Origin: an uncultured delta proteobacterium
Lineage (GTDB): Bacteria; Myxococcota_A; Polyangia; Haliangiales; Haliangiaceae
DNA length: 64,000 nt
Assembly (NCBI GenBank): GCA_963848295.1
Contig: CAWKDB010000002.1
Span: forward strand, 672,001 to 736,000
Reading direction: 5' to 3'
In this document: positions 10,140-19,843 of the stretch, in pieces
Position numbering within the stretch: the first letter of the stretch is position 1
How the letters are laid out: every line of letters begins with the position of its first letter
The notes under the pieces: model-generated
What the model was told of the DNA's origin: nothing
Databases searched by the model: none
The model's input: only the letters and a program-made list of their open reading frames with translations
Made by a program: the position numbers and the translations under genes

Positions 10140-10638
10140 TCTGATCGACGACCGCGAGTACGCGGCGCCGCCCGAGCTGGTCTTCGAGGCGTGGACCAAG
10201 GCCGAGCACTTCGCGCGCTGGTTCGCGCCCGACAACGTCGAGGTGCCGCTCTGCGAGCTCGATGCGCGCCCCGGTGGCGTGATCCGATTCCAGCATCGCT
10301 GGCCGGAGGGACCGCTCGTCTCGATCCGCGGCGTGTTCGACGAGGTCGTGGCGCCGACGCGCCTGTCGTTCACGTTCACGTTCGTCGATTCGAACGATCG
10401 CCCGATGGTCAACGCGATGATGCCCGAGTGGCCCGTCGGGGCGCACATCGTGATGACGGTGGAGCTAGTTGCCACCGCGCGCGGGACCCGCATGACCGTG
10501 GCGCAGCGGGTCGCCGAACCGGAGCTCGCCGGTTCGGCACCGATCGTGCGCCATCGGAACCTCGCGGCGATCGGTTGGAGCCAGACGGCAAAGCGTCTGG
10601 TCGCGTATCTCGAACGGAGGACACCATGGGACTCTTGA
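10117..10638 (+). CDS. SRPBCC/AHSA1 domain protein
   Basis: REYAAPPELVFEAWT...WFAP...DARPGG; follows ArsR. Confidence 0.85.
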   Translation: MRVAVSADLIDDREYAAPPELVFEAWTKAEHFARWFAPDNVEVPLCELDARPGGVIRFQHRWPEGPLVSIRGVFDEVVAPTRLSFTFTFVDSNDRPMVNAMMPEWPVGAHIVMTVELVATARGTRMTVAQRVAEPELAGSAPIVRHRNLAAIGWSQTAKRLVAYLERRTPWDS

Positions 10639-11183
10639 TCTTCAGCATCAACGTCACCCTGGATGGCTGCGTCGACCACCGGGAGGGAATCGCCGACGAC
10701 GAGACCCACGCCTTCTTCACCCACCTCATGGACGAGGGCGGGGCGATGCTGTGGGGCCGCGTCACCTACGAGATGATGGAGAGCTCCTGGCCGGCGATCG
10801 CCCGCGGCGACGCGGAGGCGCCGCCGGCGATGCGCGAGTGGGCGGTCAAGCTGGAGGCCAAGCCGAAGTACGTGGTGTCGTCGACGCGAAACGACTTCCC
10901 CTGGACCAACAGCCACCACATCGCCGGCGACCTGCGCACGGGCGTGCAGAAGCTCAAGAACGCGACCCCGGCCGGCGTGCTCCTGGGTAGCGGCAAGCTC
11001 GCGACCGAGCTGGACCGGCTGGATCTGATCGACGAGTACGAGTTCCTCGTCCACCCCAGGATCGCCGGCCACGGCCCGACCCTGTACCAGAGCGGGCTGC
11101 CCAGCACGCGACGGCTCGAGCTTGTCTCGGCGAAGCCGCTCCGCAGCGGCGCGGTCGCCATGCACTACCGGCGCGCGCGCTGA
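10626..11183 (+). CDS. Dihydrofolate reductase/RibD C-terminal family protein
   Basis: SINVTLDGC, LWGRVTYEMM, KYVVSST, LIDEYEFLVHPRIAGHG. Confidence 0.9.
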   Translation: MGLLIFSINVTLDGCVDHREGIADDETHAFFTHLMDEGGAMLWGRVTYEMMESSWPAIARGDAEAPPAMREWAVKLEAKPKYVVSSTRNDFPWTNSHHIAGDLRTGVQKLKNATPAGVLLGSGKLATELDRLDLIDEYEFLVHPRIAGHGPTLYQSGLPSTRRLELVSAKPLRSGAVAMHYRRAR

Positions 11184-11389
11184 CTCAGAGCAGCCCCATC
11201 GCGCCCAGCGCGTCGCCGGGAGCCTTCTTTGTTCGCTGCCCTATCCGGTCGGGTTGCGGCGAATCGGCTCGAGGTCGTGCGCACACCGCGATAGACCACG
11301 GCGCCCGTCATGACACCACCGCCTACGAGAAGAAGTTTCGCCGACTACCGCCGCCGTGGGCACACCGAGCTCGCGTGCAGCCCCGCTGG

Positions 11390-11830
11390 AGGGCGGCCAG
11401 CCGTGCTCGATCGCTCGTGCCCCGTACCAACACCGGGTGGCCTGGTCGTCGAGGGCATCGAGTAGCACCATGTGGTCGCCCCACGGCAATTTGGCAGCAA
11501 GCTGCTGCAAGATTGGCCGGCTCGTCCATGTCGTCGCGAACGACCGCATGTAGCGCAGGTTCCTCGACGAGAACCCGGACATGTCGGGGGATGCGGTGCG
11601 GATGTCGGCGGCGAGGCGGTCGATGACCTTGGCTCCCCATGGCTCGGCTTCCATCCGTGCGGCAACGACGTTTCCGATCTCCCAATACAGCAAGATTGCG
11701 GCGGAGTTCGCTGCGATCACCGTCGAGAGCCGGGCTTTGCCGATGCGCTCCTTGATATCGCGGAGCGTTCGCGCGTAGCTGTGCGGCAAACCCTGCCACG
11801 GGAGGCGGCACCGGAAACAGCGCGTCGTTC
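11390..11830 (-). pseudogene. Truncated, frameshifted DUF1016 N-terminal domain
   Basis: IKERIGKARL...LLYWEIG...WGAKVIDRLAADI...GFSSRNLRYMRSFA...LQQLAAKLPW...AIEHGW, then similarity is lost. No nuclease domain. Boundaries approximate. Confidence 0.8.
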
Positions 11831-11868
11831 CCGCCGCGGATCGACCATCGAGCACGATAACGGAAAGC

Positions 11869-12483
11869 TCACTGCAGATCTTCACGAACGGTGCACGCGC
11901 CGCGGGTTGGACAGGGCCGGCAGTCGGTCGTGACTGCGAGACCCTCGACCGAGACCGCCGACGGCGCGCTGCAGTTCGCGAAGCGCAGTTGCTTGCAGCG
12001 TACGCCCGGGTCGGTTCGCCTGCACGCGACGCCGTCCGTGTGATGGAACCAGGCTCCCCACAAGCCGGTCCGATCTTCGGTCGTGCCCGCTTCCAGGAAG
12101 CCTGGTTTAGTGAACTGACGGAGAGGCACATCCACTTTCAGGATCGCAATGCGATCGTGGACCGCGAACGCATAGTGGGGCCTGCCGTTCGTGCCCTCGC
12201 AGCAGTTGCTGGAGAGAAACGCGCTGCCCAGGTCGAGATCGATCGCGAGGCTCGCGTCGTCGACCCATCGCCACCCGTCATCGTTGACCGCGATCGCGTA
12301 GGTGTATGTGTACTTGGTCTCGACGACGACCGCGGCATAGTCATGCGCGCGCTCGAGCACCAGGCACCTACCGGAGCCCCGCGACGCACACAACGCGGCA
12401 AGCGAGCCGAACGATTCACCGTCGCCACGCGCCACGCCCCGACCTGTGAGTGCAAGCACGACCACCAAGACGGCCCAGCGCAT
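11869..12483 (-). CDS. Hypothetical secreted Cys-containing protein
   Basis: Signal-peptide-like MRWAVLVVVLAL; about 10 Cys. Confidence 0.55.
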   Translation of the reverse strand: MRWAVLVVVLALTGRGVARGDGESFGSLAALCASRGSGRCLVLERAHDYAAVVVETKYTYTYAIAVNDDGWRWVDDASLAIDLDLGSAFLSSNCCEGTNGRPHYAFAVHDRIAILKVDVPLRQFTKPGFLEAGTTEDRTGLWGAWFHHTDGVACRRTDPGVRCKQLRFANCSAPSAVSVEGLAVTTDCRPCPTRGACTVREDLQ

Positions 12484-12945
12484 GGCCCTATCAACGCGCG
12501 ACTACGGAGCCCTATTGCCCCGACCGCATGATCTACGCAAGACGGTCTCTCCGAATCGGCCGCAGATCCCGCGGATGCTGCTCGATCGCCCGATGGCGCG
12601 AGGCGAGGTGCGTCCGGCGCTCGTAGTCGCAGCCGTACGCCGGCTTTCACCGCTACTACGCGACCCTCACGCAAGCGTCGCCAGCGGTCTCCCTCGTCGT
12701 CGATGCCTCCGTTCGGCGCGACCTGGGGCGCTGCATGTCAAGGCCGCCCGCGGCAACGGCCCGCGCGCGCCATCGCAGCGGCGCGGCGGGGATCGACTTC
12801 TACCGCATCACGCTCGGTAGCCTTCGCATGGTGTCGGTTTCGACTTCCGCCTGCGAAGTGCTCGCAGCGTCGGCGGCAATCGGCGCACAGAAGCTGCGCG
12901 CGCGGGGACAGCGTCGGTCGGGATGCGCTACGCTTCGCGGGGTCC

Positions 12946-13704
12946 GTGCGACGCGAGATTCGATGTAGACCGCTGCTCGCGATCGTCGTGCTCTCGGTCG
13001 GCTGCGGGCGGATCAGCTTCGATCCGTTGGGGGGCGGTCCGAGTGACGCGACGGCCGCCGACACGCTCGCCAGCGCATGCCCGCCATTCGCGACGCTGTG
13101 TGACGACTTCGAATCGGGCGGGCTGGCCAAGTGGACCGGGAGCGATGTCTCGCCGGGCGCGGAGGCTATCGTCGATCAATCGACCGCGCACTCGGGCGTC
13201 TATGGGCTCGACGCGACCGTCCCGGTCGAACCGAGCGACGGCGCGTTGGCGACGGCGGCGCTCGTCACCTTGCCGCAGAGCACCGGGATGCTGGCCGTGC
13301 GCGAATGGATCGAGCTGTCGGCGCCGCTCGTCGACTACGAGTCGGTGATCATCATCTACAGCTCGTCGCCGACGCACTACGCGATCGTCGGCGGCGATAA
13401 CAACAGCCTGTGGAACGCTGGCGAAGACAGTCCCAGCGGCGGCCTCGTCGATCACCCGAGCAGCCTGCCGGTCCCCGCGCTCGGCGTGTGGACTTGCGTC
13501 GAGCTCGACTACACCTTTCCGTCGACCGGCTCGGCGCAGATCCAAGTCTTCGTCGGTGACGCCAAGATCGTGGACGTGCTCGCCGCTGATGCGGCGCCGG
13601 TCTACGATCACGTCGAGGTCGGAGTCGCCCGCGCGAACATGCCCGGTTACCACCTCTCGACGGACGATGTCGTCATCGCGCCGCAGCACATCGGCTGCCA
13701 GTAG
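12946..13704 (+). CDS. Putative lipoprotein, beta-sandwich (ConA-like) domain
   Basis: Lipobox-like LSVGC followed by GRISFD; CDDFE and WTCVE motifs. Start uncertain. Confidence 0.7.
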   Translation: MRREIRCRPLLAIVVLSVGCGRISFDPLGGGPSDATAADTLASACPPFATLCDDFESGGLAKWTGSDVSPGAEAIVDQSTAHSGVYGLDATVPVEPSDGALATAALVTLPQSTGMLAVREWIELSAPLVDYESVIIIYSSSPTHYAIVGGDNNSLWNAGEDSPSGGLVDHPSSLPVPALGVWTCVELDYTFPSTGSAQIQVFVGDAKIVDVLAADAAPVYDHVEVGVARANMPGYHLSTDDVVIAPQHIGCQ

Positions 13705-13780
13705 CGCGAACGTCGCGTACGTCGGTCAAGGGCTCGATCGTCCGTGCCGCCTCGCTCGATCTCCATCGCCACTCTGCTCG

Positions 13781-15721
13781 TCACGGATAGCAGGTCGATG
13801 GATCGAACGGCTGGTTCGCGTGCGGGCCGCCGGTCCAGTAGCAGTCATACGCCGCGTTGGTGCCGACCAGGCCCGAGGTGCCGTCCAGATCGCCGGCGGT
13901 GACGTCGGGGCCGATCAGTGGCCACGGTTTGCCGTGCAGATACCCCGGCTGTGTCGCGTAGTACCAGGACGGCGCGAAGTCGTGCTCGTCGCCGCCGTCC
14001 CAGTAGGCCACGCCGTGGGTCGCGAAGTCGTAGTTACCGTGGTTGATCGATGTGGTGTCCGGGCTCGGCACCGAGCCGACGGCCGCGGCGTAGCTGTAGG
14101 CAATCGGGTTGTCGGTGGTGCCGTACTCGTTGAAGCCGCGCACCGTCGCCGCAGACCAGTCGGCGTGCATCCCGGTCCGACCGAGCACGTTCGCGACGAA
14201 GCTCATGTATGTGTTGAGCGTGTAGACGTCGATCGCATCGAAGCCCGACATCGTCGCGGCGTCGAAGCTCGGCACGGTGCCGCAGGTCGGCGCCGGCGTC
14301 GCGTACGAGCAGCCACCGTCGTCGTTCGATTCGTCGCCCCACATGCTGTTGCGGAAGAACACGAAGTGAGAGGCACTCCCGTGAAAGTCGTCCTCGGCGA
14401 TGTGCGAGAAGATGTTGCCCTCGAACAGCGTCATGTAGGGATGCGCGCCGTGGTTTGGCCGAGCCGAACCGAGGTAGGTCAGGTCGTCGGTGTACTCGTC
14501 GTCGACGTAGTTGTAGAGCACCACGTCGCCGCCGCCGCCGCCCTCCCAGATGAGGCCGTGGCGGTTGTGGCGCATGATGTTGTTCTCGATCTTGTGGTTA
14601 CCGTTCGTGAAGAACACGTAGATGCCGTAGCCCGCGCCGCTCGCGCCCGAGCGCTGCTCGTGCACGTAGCAGTCGCGGACCTCGTTGCCGTACGAGTAGG
14701 CGAGCTGGATGTGCGCCGACCCGCTGTCGGAGCCCGTGTACTGGGTCTCGACACCTTTGACCCAGCAGTACAAGCAGCCCTGCATCGTGATGATCTGACC
14801 GGCGCCGATATCACCGGTCGCGACCACGTGAAAGTCTTCGTAGCCGGCCTGCTTCGTCGGGAAGTCGATGATGTCGTACTTCGCACCCGCGGGCTCGGTG
14901 CCCGCGGGATCGGTCAGCGTCACCGCGGCGGTGTACGGTGTGTAGTAGAGCGGCTGACTGGTCACGATCACGGAGCCGGGTCCACCCGAGCCGCTCGAGA
15001 TCGCCGTGACCTGGACGATCTGCTGCATCAAGTACGCGCCGGTATCGTCGCCGCAGTAGTCGCAGCTGCCGTCGGGATCGCTGACCAGCGACGGATCGTC
15101 GTTGCCGAACACCTTGATCCACGTGCCCACGCTCACGGTGCCCGAGCCGATCGTGAGCGTGGTGTCGCCCTTGTGGGGCGAGCCCGCCAGCACGTACGTC
15201 GCGGGGATCTGGTCGTAGTCGGTGGCCGGCTCGATGTTGTTCGAATGCGAGAAGTCTTGCGTGGTGAGCCAGCCGTTCGGCCCTTCGAGGATCAGCGTGC
15301 CCGGGCCCGCGCCGCGCAGCACGACGCCGGTCTTCAGCCGCACCGTGCCGTCGATATAGAAGTTGCCGACCGGCAGATAGACCGCGCTGCCCGTGCCGGC
15401 GGCGGCGATGCAGTTGTTGAGCGCGGTCGTGTTGTCGGTCGTACCGTTGCCGACCGCCGCGCTGCACGCGACCTGCGGCATGTAGACCGGCAGCGTGCCG
15501 CCGTTCCACAGATCCGATCCGGCCTTCCACGGGATCTGCCGGCAATTGGTCGGGCATCCCGCGTCGTCGTCGGGGAGGCGATAGCCGCCGCCGGGCCCCA
15601 CACCGTCGCCCGGCGTGTCCCGGGGGAGGTGGGCATCTCCGTTCGCGCGATCGCTGTGGCCGCACCCCGCGGCAAGCCACAGCGCCGCGCACGCGCTCGC
15701 GATCACGTCGATGCGTTTCAC
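13781..15721 (-). CDS. Secreted right-handed beta-helix (pectate-lyase-3/GH28-like) lipoprotein
   Basis: LAAGC lipobox; GNGTTDNTTALNNCI...VYLPVGNFYI...VVLRGAG; IENNI and LFEGN repeats. Confidence 0.8.
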   Translation of the reverse strand: MKRIDVIASACAALWLAAGCGHSDRANGDAHLPRDTPGDGVGPGGGYRLPDDDAGCPTNCRQIPWKAGSDLWNGGTLPVYMPQVACSAAVGNGTTDNTTALNNCIAAAGTGSAVYLPVGNFYIDGTVRLKTGVVLRGAGPGTLILEGPNGWLTTQDFSHSNNIEPATDYDQIPATYVLAGSPHKGDTTLTIGSGTVSVGTWIKVFGNDDPSLVSDPDGSCDYCGDDTGAYLMQQIVQVTAISSGSGGPGSVIVTSQPLYYTPYTAAVTLTDPAGTEPAGAKYDIIDFPTKQAGYEDFHVVATGDIGAGQIITMQGCLYCWVKGVETQYTGSDSGSAHIQLAYSYGNEVRDCYVHEQRSGASGAGYGIYVFFTNGNHKIENNIMRHNRHGLIWEGGGGGDVVLYNYVDDEYTDDLTYLGSARPNHGAHPYMTLFEGNIFSHIAEDDFHGSASHFVFFRNSMWGDESNDDGGCSYATPAPTCGTVPSFDAATMSGFDAIDVYTLNTYMSFVANVLGRTGMHADWSAATVRGFNEYGTTDNPIAYSYAAAVGSVPSPDTTSINHGNYDFATHGVAYWDGGDEHDFAPSWYYATQPGYLHGKPWPLIGPDVTAGDLDGTSGLVGTNAAYDCYWTGGPHANQPFDPSTCYP

Positions 15722-15878
15722 GACCCCGAGTGTTCATCGAGGCCGGCCGCGGTTGCCAGCCGCGAGTCGTTACATGCTCGCAGGTGGTTCGACCTTTGGG
15801 CGCCGATCTCGAGGGGTTACTCGACGATGTTCTTGCACGGTCGTGCTCGAGCTCGGGCGTGACCGGCGCGAGTGCGGG

Positions 15879-16922
15879 TCAGTGGCCGTCATCCGCCTCG
15901 AGAGCGACCTTGGCGCGAAACGAGCGGAACAGGTACGTGAAGTAGCCGAGCGCGAGCAGGATCGCGGGAATCCACCACACGAGTCCGATCGCGAGCCCGG
16001 CGCGGTCGTTCGCGGTATTAGGCACGTCGAGGCTGAACGACGGGTCGATGGACGACCGCAAGATCACCGGATAGAGCGCGCCCGCCGTCATGCCGAGGAG
16101 CGCCGCGATCACGAGCGACGAGGCCAGGAAGCCAGCAAGCTCGCGTTCACGCGCGAGCGCAACGAACACGCCGATCCACGCGGCGACGGCAGCAAGAGGC
16201 AGGAGCCACAGCAGGGGGCGATCGGCAAGGTTCGCCAGTAGCGTCGGGTTCACGAATGCCGTCTCGACCGTGACGAGGATCGCGAGGACGAGCGCGACGA
16301 TCCACGCCCACCGGGCGACGCGCGCCGACCGGGCGTTGACATCGCCCGCGGTCTTCCACTGCAGGAACATAGCGCCGTGGGCCGCGAGCAACGCGAGCGC
16401 GAACAAGCCGACCGACAGCGTGTACCAGTCGATCGCACCGAGCTCGCCACCGAGGCCGAAGTTCGTGAACAGCGGAGCCGCGAAGTAGCCGCTGGCATCG
16501 ATCGGGACGCCGCGCAGGACGTTGCCAAGCGCGACGCCGAGCACGAGTGCGAGCACCGCCGACGACAACGCGAAGACCGCGTCGAAGAACTGCCGCCACA
16601 GCGGGTTCGCCTGGTGCGAGCGGAGCTCGATCGAGATGCCGCGCAAGATGAGCAGCCACAGGACCAGCATGAGCGGCAGGTAGAAGCCGCTGAACGCGAC
16701 CGCGTACACGCGCGGGAACGCGAACACGAGCAACCCGCCGGCCGCGAGTAGCCAGACCTCGTTGCCATTCCACACCGGGCCGATCGCCGCCAGCACCGTC
16801 CGGCGGTCGTCGTCGGAGCGCGCGACGAACAGGTGAAGGGCACCGGCTCCGAGGTCGAAGCCGTCGAGCACGACATACACGATCAACATGAATCCGAGCA
16901 GCACGAACCAGGTGGTCGCCAT
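15879..16922 (-). CDS. cydB: Cytochrome bd oxidase subunit II
   Basis: YVVLDGFDLGAG, IGPVWNGNEVWL, FPRVY. Confidence 0.95.
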   Translation of the reverse strand: MATTWFVLLGFMLIVYVVLDGFDLGAGALHLFVARSDDDRRTVLAAIGPVWNGNEVWLLAAGGLLVFAFPRVYAVAFSGFYLPLMLVLWLLILRGISIELRSHQANPLWRQFFDAVFALSSAVLALVLGVALGNVLRGVPIDASGYFAAPLFTNFGLGGELGAIDWYTLSVGLFALALLAAHGAMFLQWKTAGDVNARSARVARWAWIVALVLAILVTVETAFVNPTLLANLADRPLLWLLPLAAVAAWIGVFVALARERELAGFLASSLVIAALLGMTAGALYPVILRSSIDPSFSLDVPNTANDRAGLAIGLVWWIPAILLALGYFTYLFRSFRAKVALEADDGH

Positions 16923-16930
16923 ATCGCTCC

Positions 16931-18262
16931 TCAGCTCTCCGGCTGACCGGGGGTCGGGCCGCGCGCGATCTGGCGGCCGACGAGATAGACGAACAACAGG
17001 CCGATCACGAGGTAGAGCCCGAGGAACCCGAGCGTCGAGAACGCGACGTCACCTGCCCCGACGCGCGGCGACGACGCTTGTGCCGTGCGTTGCAGCCCGT
17101 AGACCGCCCACGGCTGCCGGCCGAGCTCGGCGGTCATCCAGCCGAACGCCGTCGCGATGTACGGGAATGGAACCGCGAGCATCAGGATCCAGCGTAGCGG
17201 CCGCGAGCGGTACAGCGTCTTGCGCCACAGCCCGATCGCCGCGATGCCCATGACGAGGATGAGCAACGTCCCGAGCCCGACCATGATGTGATAGGCGAAG
17301 TACAGGAGCTCGACGTTATCGGGCCACTGATCCTTCGGGATGTCGTTCAGACCTTTGACCTCCGCGCCGAACGACCCGTACGCGAGGAAGCTGAGCGCGC
17401 GGGGGACGACGATCGGATTCTCGAGCCGGCCCTCGGCGACGTTCGGCTGGCCGATGATCGCCAGCTCGGCCTCCGATCCGGTCTCGAACTTTCCCTCCAT
17501 CGCCGCCAGCGCCGCGGGCTGGTACTCCGCGACGAGCTTCCCGCTGCGGTCGCCGGTCGGGAACAGCTGGACGAGCGACGCCACGAGGCCGGCGATCACG
17601 CCGAGCTTGAGACAGCGCTTCGCCGACTCCGCGTGTTTGCCCACGAGCGACCAGTACGCGCCGACGGCGGCGACCACGAACGAGCCGGTGATGACGGCCG
17701 CGCACATGTTGTGGGCGTACTCCCAGAGTGCCCAGCGATTGAACATGAACGCGGTGACATCGACGAGGTGCAGGTTGCCGTCAGCGCCGACGGCAAAACC
17801 CTCCGGGTGTTGCATGAAGGCGTTGGTGGTGATGATGAAGTATCCGGACGCCCACGATCCGACGAACAGCATGATCGCCGCGATGAGGTGGGCGCGCGGG
17901 CCGAGCTTCTTCTCGCCGTACAAGAAGACGCCGAGGAACGCGGACTCGGCGATGAATGCGAACATGCCCTCCATCGCGAGCGTCATTCCGATCACGCCGC
18001 CCGAGTAGCTCGAGAATCGTGCCCAGTTCGTGCCGAACTGGAACTCGAGCGGGATCCCGGTCACGACACCGACCGCAAAGTTGATCGCGAAGATGCGAGC
18101 CCAGAACCGGGCCACGTCATCCCATCGCGGGTCGTTACGTCTGATCGCGAGGATCTTGCTGACGAGGATGAGGAACGCGAGACCCATCGTCAGCTGCGGG
18201 AACAGGTAGTGGTAGGTGACGGTGAAGCCGAACTGAAACCGACTCCACGTGACCGCGTCCAT
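16931..18262 (-). CDS. cydA: Cytochrome bd oxidase subunit I (short Q-loop)
   Basis: HYLFPQLTMG, GVVTGIPLEFQFGTNW, NAFMQHP, ELGRQPW. Confidence 0.95.
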   Translation of the reverse strand: MDAVTWSRFQFGFTVTYHYLFPQLTMGLAFLILVSKILAIRRNDPRWDDVARFWARIFAINFAVGVVTGIPLEFQFGTNWARFSSYSGGVIGMTLAMEGMFAFIAESAFLGVFLYGEKKLGPRAHLIAAIMLFVGSWASGYFIITTNAFMQHPEGFAVGADGNLHLVDVTAFMFNRWALWEYAHNMCAAVITGSFVVAAVGAYWSLVGKHAESAKRCLKLGVIAGLVASLVQLFPTGDRSGKLVAEYQPAALAAMEGKFETGSEAELAIIGQPNVAEGRLENPIVVPRALSFLAYGSFGAEVKGLNDIPKDQWPDNVELLYFAYHIMVGLGTLLILVMGIAAIGLWRKTLYRSRPLRWILMLAVPFPYIATAFGWMTAELGRQPWAVYGLQRTAQASSPRVGAGDVAFSTLGFLGLYLVIGLLFVYLVGRQIARGPTPGQPES

Positions 18263-18310
18263 GGGGTGACTGTGCTCCTCTTCGAGTCCGCAACAAGAGT
18301 GCGCGCGACC

Positions 18311-18694
18311 TCAAATCCGGTCGAGCACGCGACCGAGCCGCTCCCGAACCTCGGCCGCGATCGCGCCGAGTCGCGGGTCCTGCGACGCCATGGTCTGCGC
18401 TGGATCGATCGCCACGACGGTCGCCCCGCCGCCGTCGCGCTCGTACACGATGACGTTGCACGGGAGCATCACGCCGACCTCGAGCATGATGCCGAGCGCC
18501 TTGTGGGCGAGCGCCGGGTTGCACGCGCCGAGGATCTTGTAGCGCCGGAAATCGACGTCGAGCTTCTGCTTGAGCGTCGCCGCGACATCGATCTCGGTCA
18601 GCACGCCGAAGCCTTCCGTCTTGAGGGCCTCGGGCACGCGAACGAGTGCCTCGTCGTAGCTGATCGCGAGCTCTTTGCGAATTCCTGGCGTCAT
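18311..18694 (-). CDS. DUF302 domain protein
   Basis: EGFGVLTEIDV...YKILGACNP...LPCNVIV. Confidence 0.9.
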   Translation of the reverse strand: MTPGIRKELAISYDEALVRVPEALKTEGFGVLTEIDVAATLKQKLDVDFRRYKILGACNPALAHKALGIMLEVGVMLPCNVIVYERDGGGATVVAIDPAQTMASQDPRLGAIAAEVRERLGRVLDRI

Positions 18695-18732
18695 GTCGGT
18701 GAGAGCGGACCACGCCCCCAAGGGTCCCGCAA

Positions 18733-18924
18733 TCACTTGCCGAAGATCCGTCGAAGTGCTCCTCCGAGCCCGGGGCTCGCTGTCTGGGATCCGGCGGTGG
18801 TCGAGGCGTCTCGACAGGTACAGCGCGATTCCTTGGGCACGTGGCCGAGGACCTGCTCGACGTGGGCCCCGCACCCGGCCCAGGTTGGCTTGTGGCACTT
18901 GTTGCATTGCACGACACGACACAT
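18733..18924 (-). CDS. 63-aa Cys-rich small protein
   Basis: MCRVVQCNKCHKPTWAGCGAHVEQVLGHVPKESRCTCR, with AAGGAG RBS upstream. Confidence 0.8.
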   Translation of the reverse strand: MCRVVQCNKCHKPTWAGCGAHVEQVLGHVPKESRCTCRDASTTAGSQTASPGLGGALRRIFGK

Positions 18925-18945
18925 GTGGATGCTCCTTCTCTCGTA

Positions 18946-18973
18946 GGAGCCATCCACGGCACCGAGGGTTCGC
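18946..18973 (-). promoter_or_regulatory. ECF-type promoter motif A (copy 1)
   Basis: GCGAACCCTC-N11-TGGCTCC upstream of the small Cys protein-DUF302-cydAB operon. Confidence 0.7.
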
Positions 18974-19006
18974 ACAAACGACCGCGGCGGGTAGACTGCG
19001 ACGCAG

Positions 19007-19813
19007 ATGGAACGCTCCGACGCAGATCTCGTGACGGCCGCCCGCGGCGGAGACCGTGCCGCGGTCGAGGAGCTGCTCGCTCGCTACGAGCCGAACATCT
19101 ATCGATTCGGCCTACGCATGTGCGGCAACGAGGAGGCCGCGCGCGAGGTGCTCCAGGAGACGCTACTCGCGGTCTTCCGGTATCTCCCGGGCTTTCGCGG
19201 CGATGCCGCGCTGTCGACGTGGCTGTATCAGATCGCGCGGAGCTTCTGCATCAAGGAGCGCCGCGGCGAGCACCCGACCCGCTCGCTCGACGACGCCGGC
19301 GCACCCCAGCTCGTCGATCCGGCGCCCCAGCCCGACGCGCGCGCGCATGCCCGCGAGATCGGCGAGGCCCTGTCGCGCGCGATCGCAGTCCTCCCGCCCG
19401 AGCAGCGCGAGGTGCTGATCCTCCGCGACGTCGAGGGCCTCAGCGCCGAGGAAGCCGCCCGGGTCGTCGGCATCGAGGTCGGGGCGCTCAAGAGCCGGTT
19501 GCACCGGGCTCGCATGGCGCTGCGTAGCGAGCTCGCGGGCATCCTCGGGACGAACGACAACCCAGAACCGTGTCCCGAGCTGGCGCAGGAGCTCGCGGCG
19601 TATGTCGGCGCCGAGATCGATCAGGCGACGTGCGTGCAGATCGAGAAGCACCTCGCGACCTGTGCGCGGTGCGCCGGCGCGTGCGACGCGCTCAAACGGA
19701 CGGTCTCGCTGTGTCGGCGGCTGCCCGGAGATGTCGTGCCCGCCGCGGTGCGAACGGCGGTCCGCGATGCGATCATGGCCGCGATCCCGGCGTCAGCAAG
19801 CCTCGACCGCTGA
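19007..19813 (+). CDS. ECF sigma-70 factor with fused C-terminal zinc-binding anti-sigma (HxxxCxxC) domain
   Basis: Region 2 (FRGDAALSTWLYQIA), region 4 (LKSRLHRAR), then C...HLATCARC. Confidence 0.9.
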   Translation: MERSDADLVTAARGGDRAAVEELLARYEPNIYRFGLRMCGNEEAAREVLQETLLAVFRYLPGFRGDAALSTWLYQIARSFCIKERRGEHPTRSLDDAGAPQLVDPAPQPDARAHAREIGEALSRAIAVLPPEQREVLILRDVEGLSAEEAARVVGIEVGALKSRLHRARMALRSELAGILGTNDNPEPCPELAQELAAYVGAEIDQATCVQIEKHLATCARCAGACDALKRTVSLCRRLPGDVVPAAVRTAVRDAIMAAIPASASLDR

Positions 19814-19843
19814 ATCGTTCGGCGCCGGCAGGGCCTCGCCATG

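Noticed and set aside
12500..12940. Possible gene or ncRNA between the secreted protein and the lipoprotein
   Set aside because: No protein-like frame or recognisable RNA structure.
15750..15775. Other GTAAC occurrences (e.g. near 15770, 43700, 48685) as motif-B promoters
   Set aside because: They lack AGAC at the 16-nt spacing.
13556..15862. Long ORFs antisense to or overlapping real genes (e.g. 13556..15862+, 45294..48008+, 52419..55058-, 37083..39152-, 31218..33263+)
   Set aside because: Shadow ORFs typical of high-GC DNA: Arg/Ala/Val-rich, no motifs, and opposite well-supported genes.
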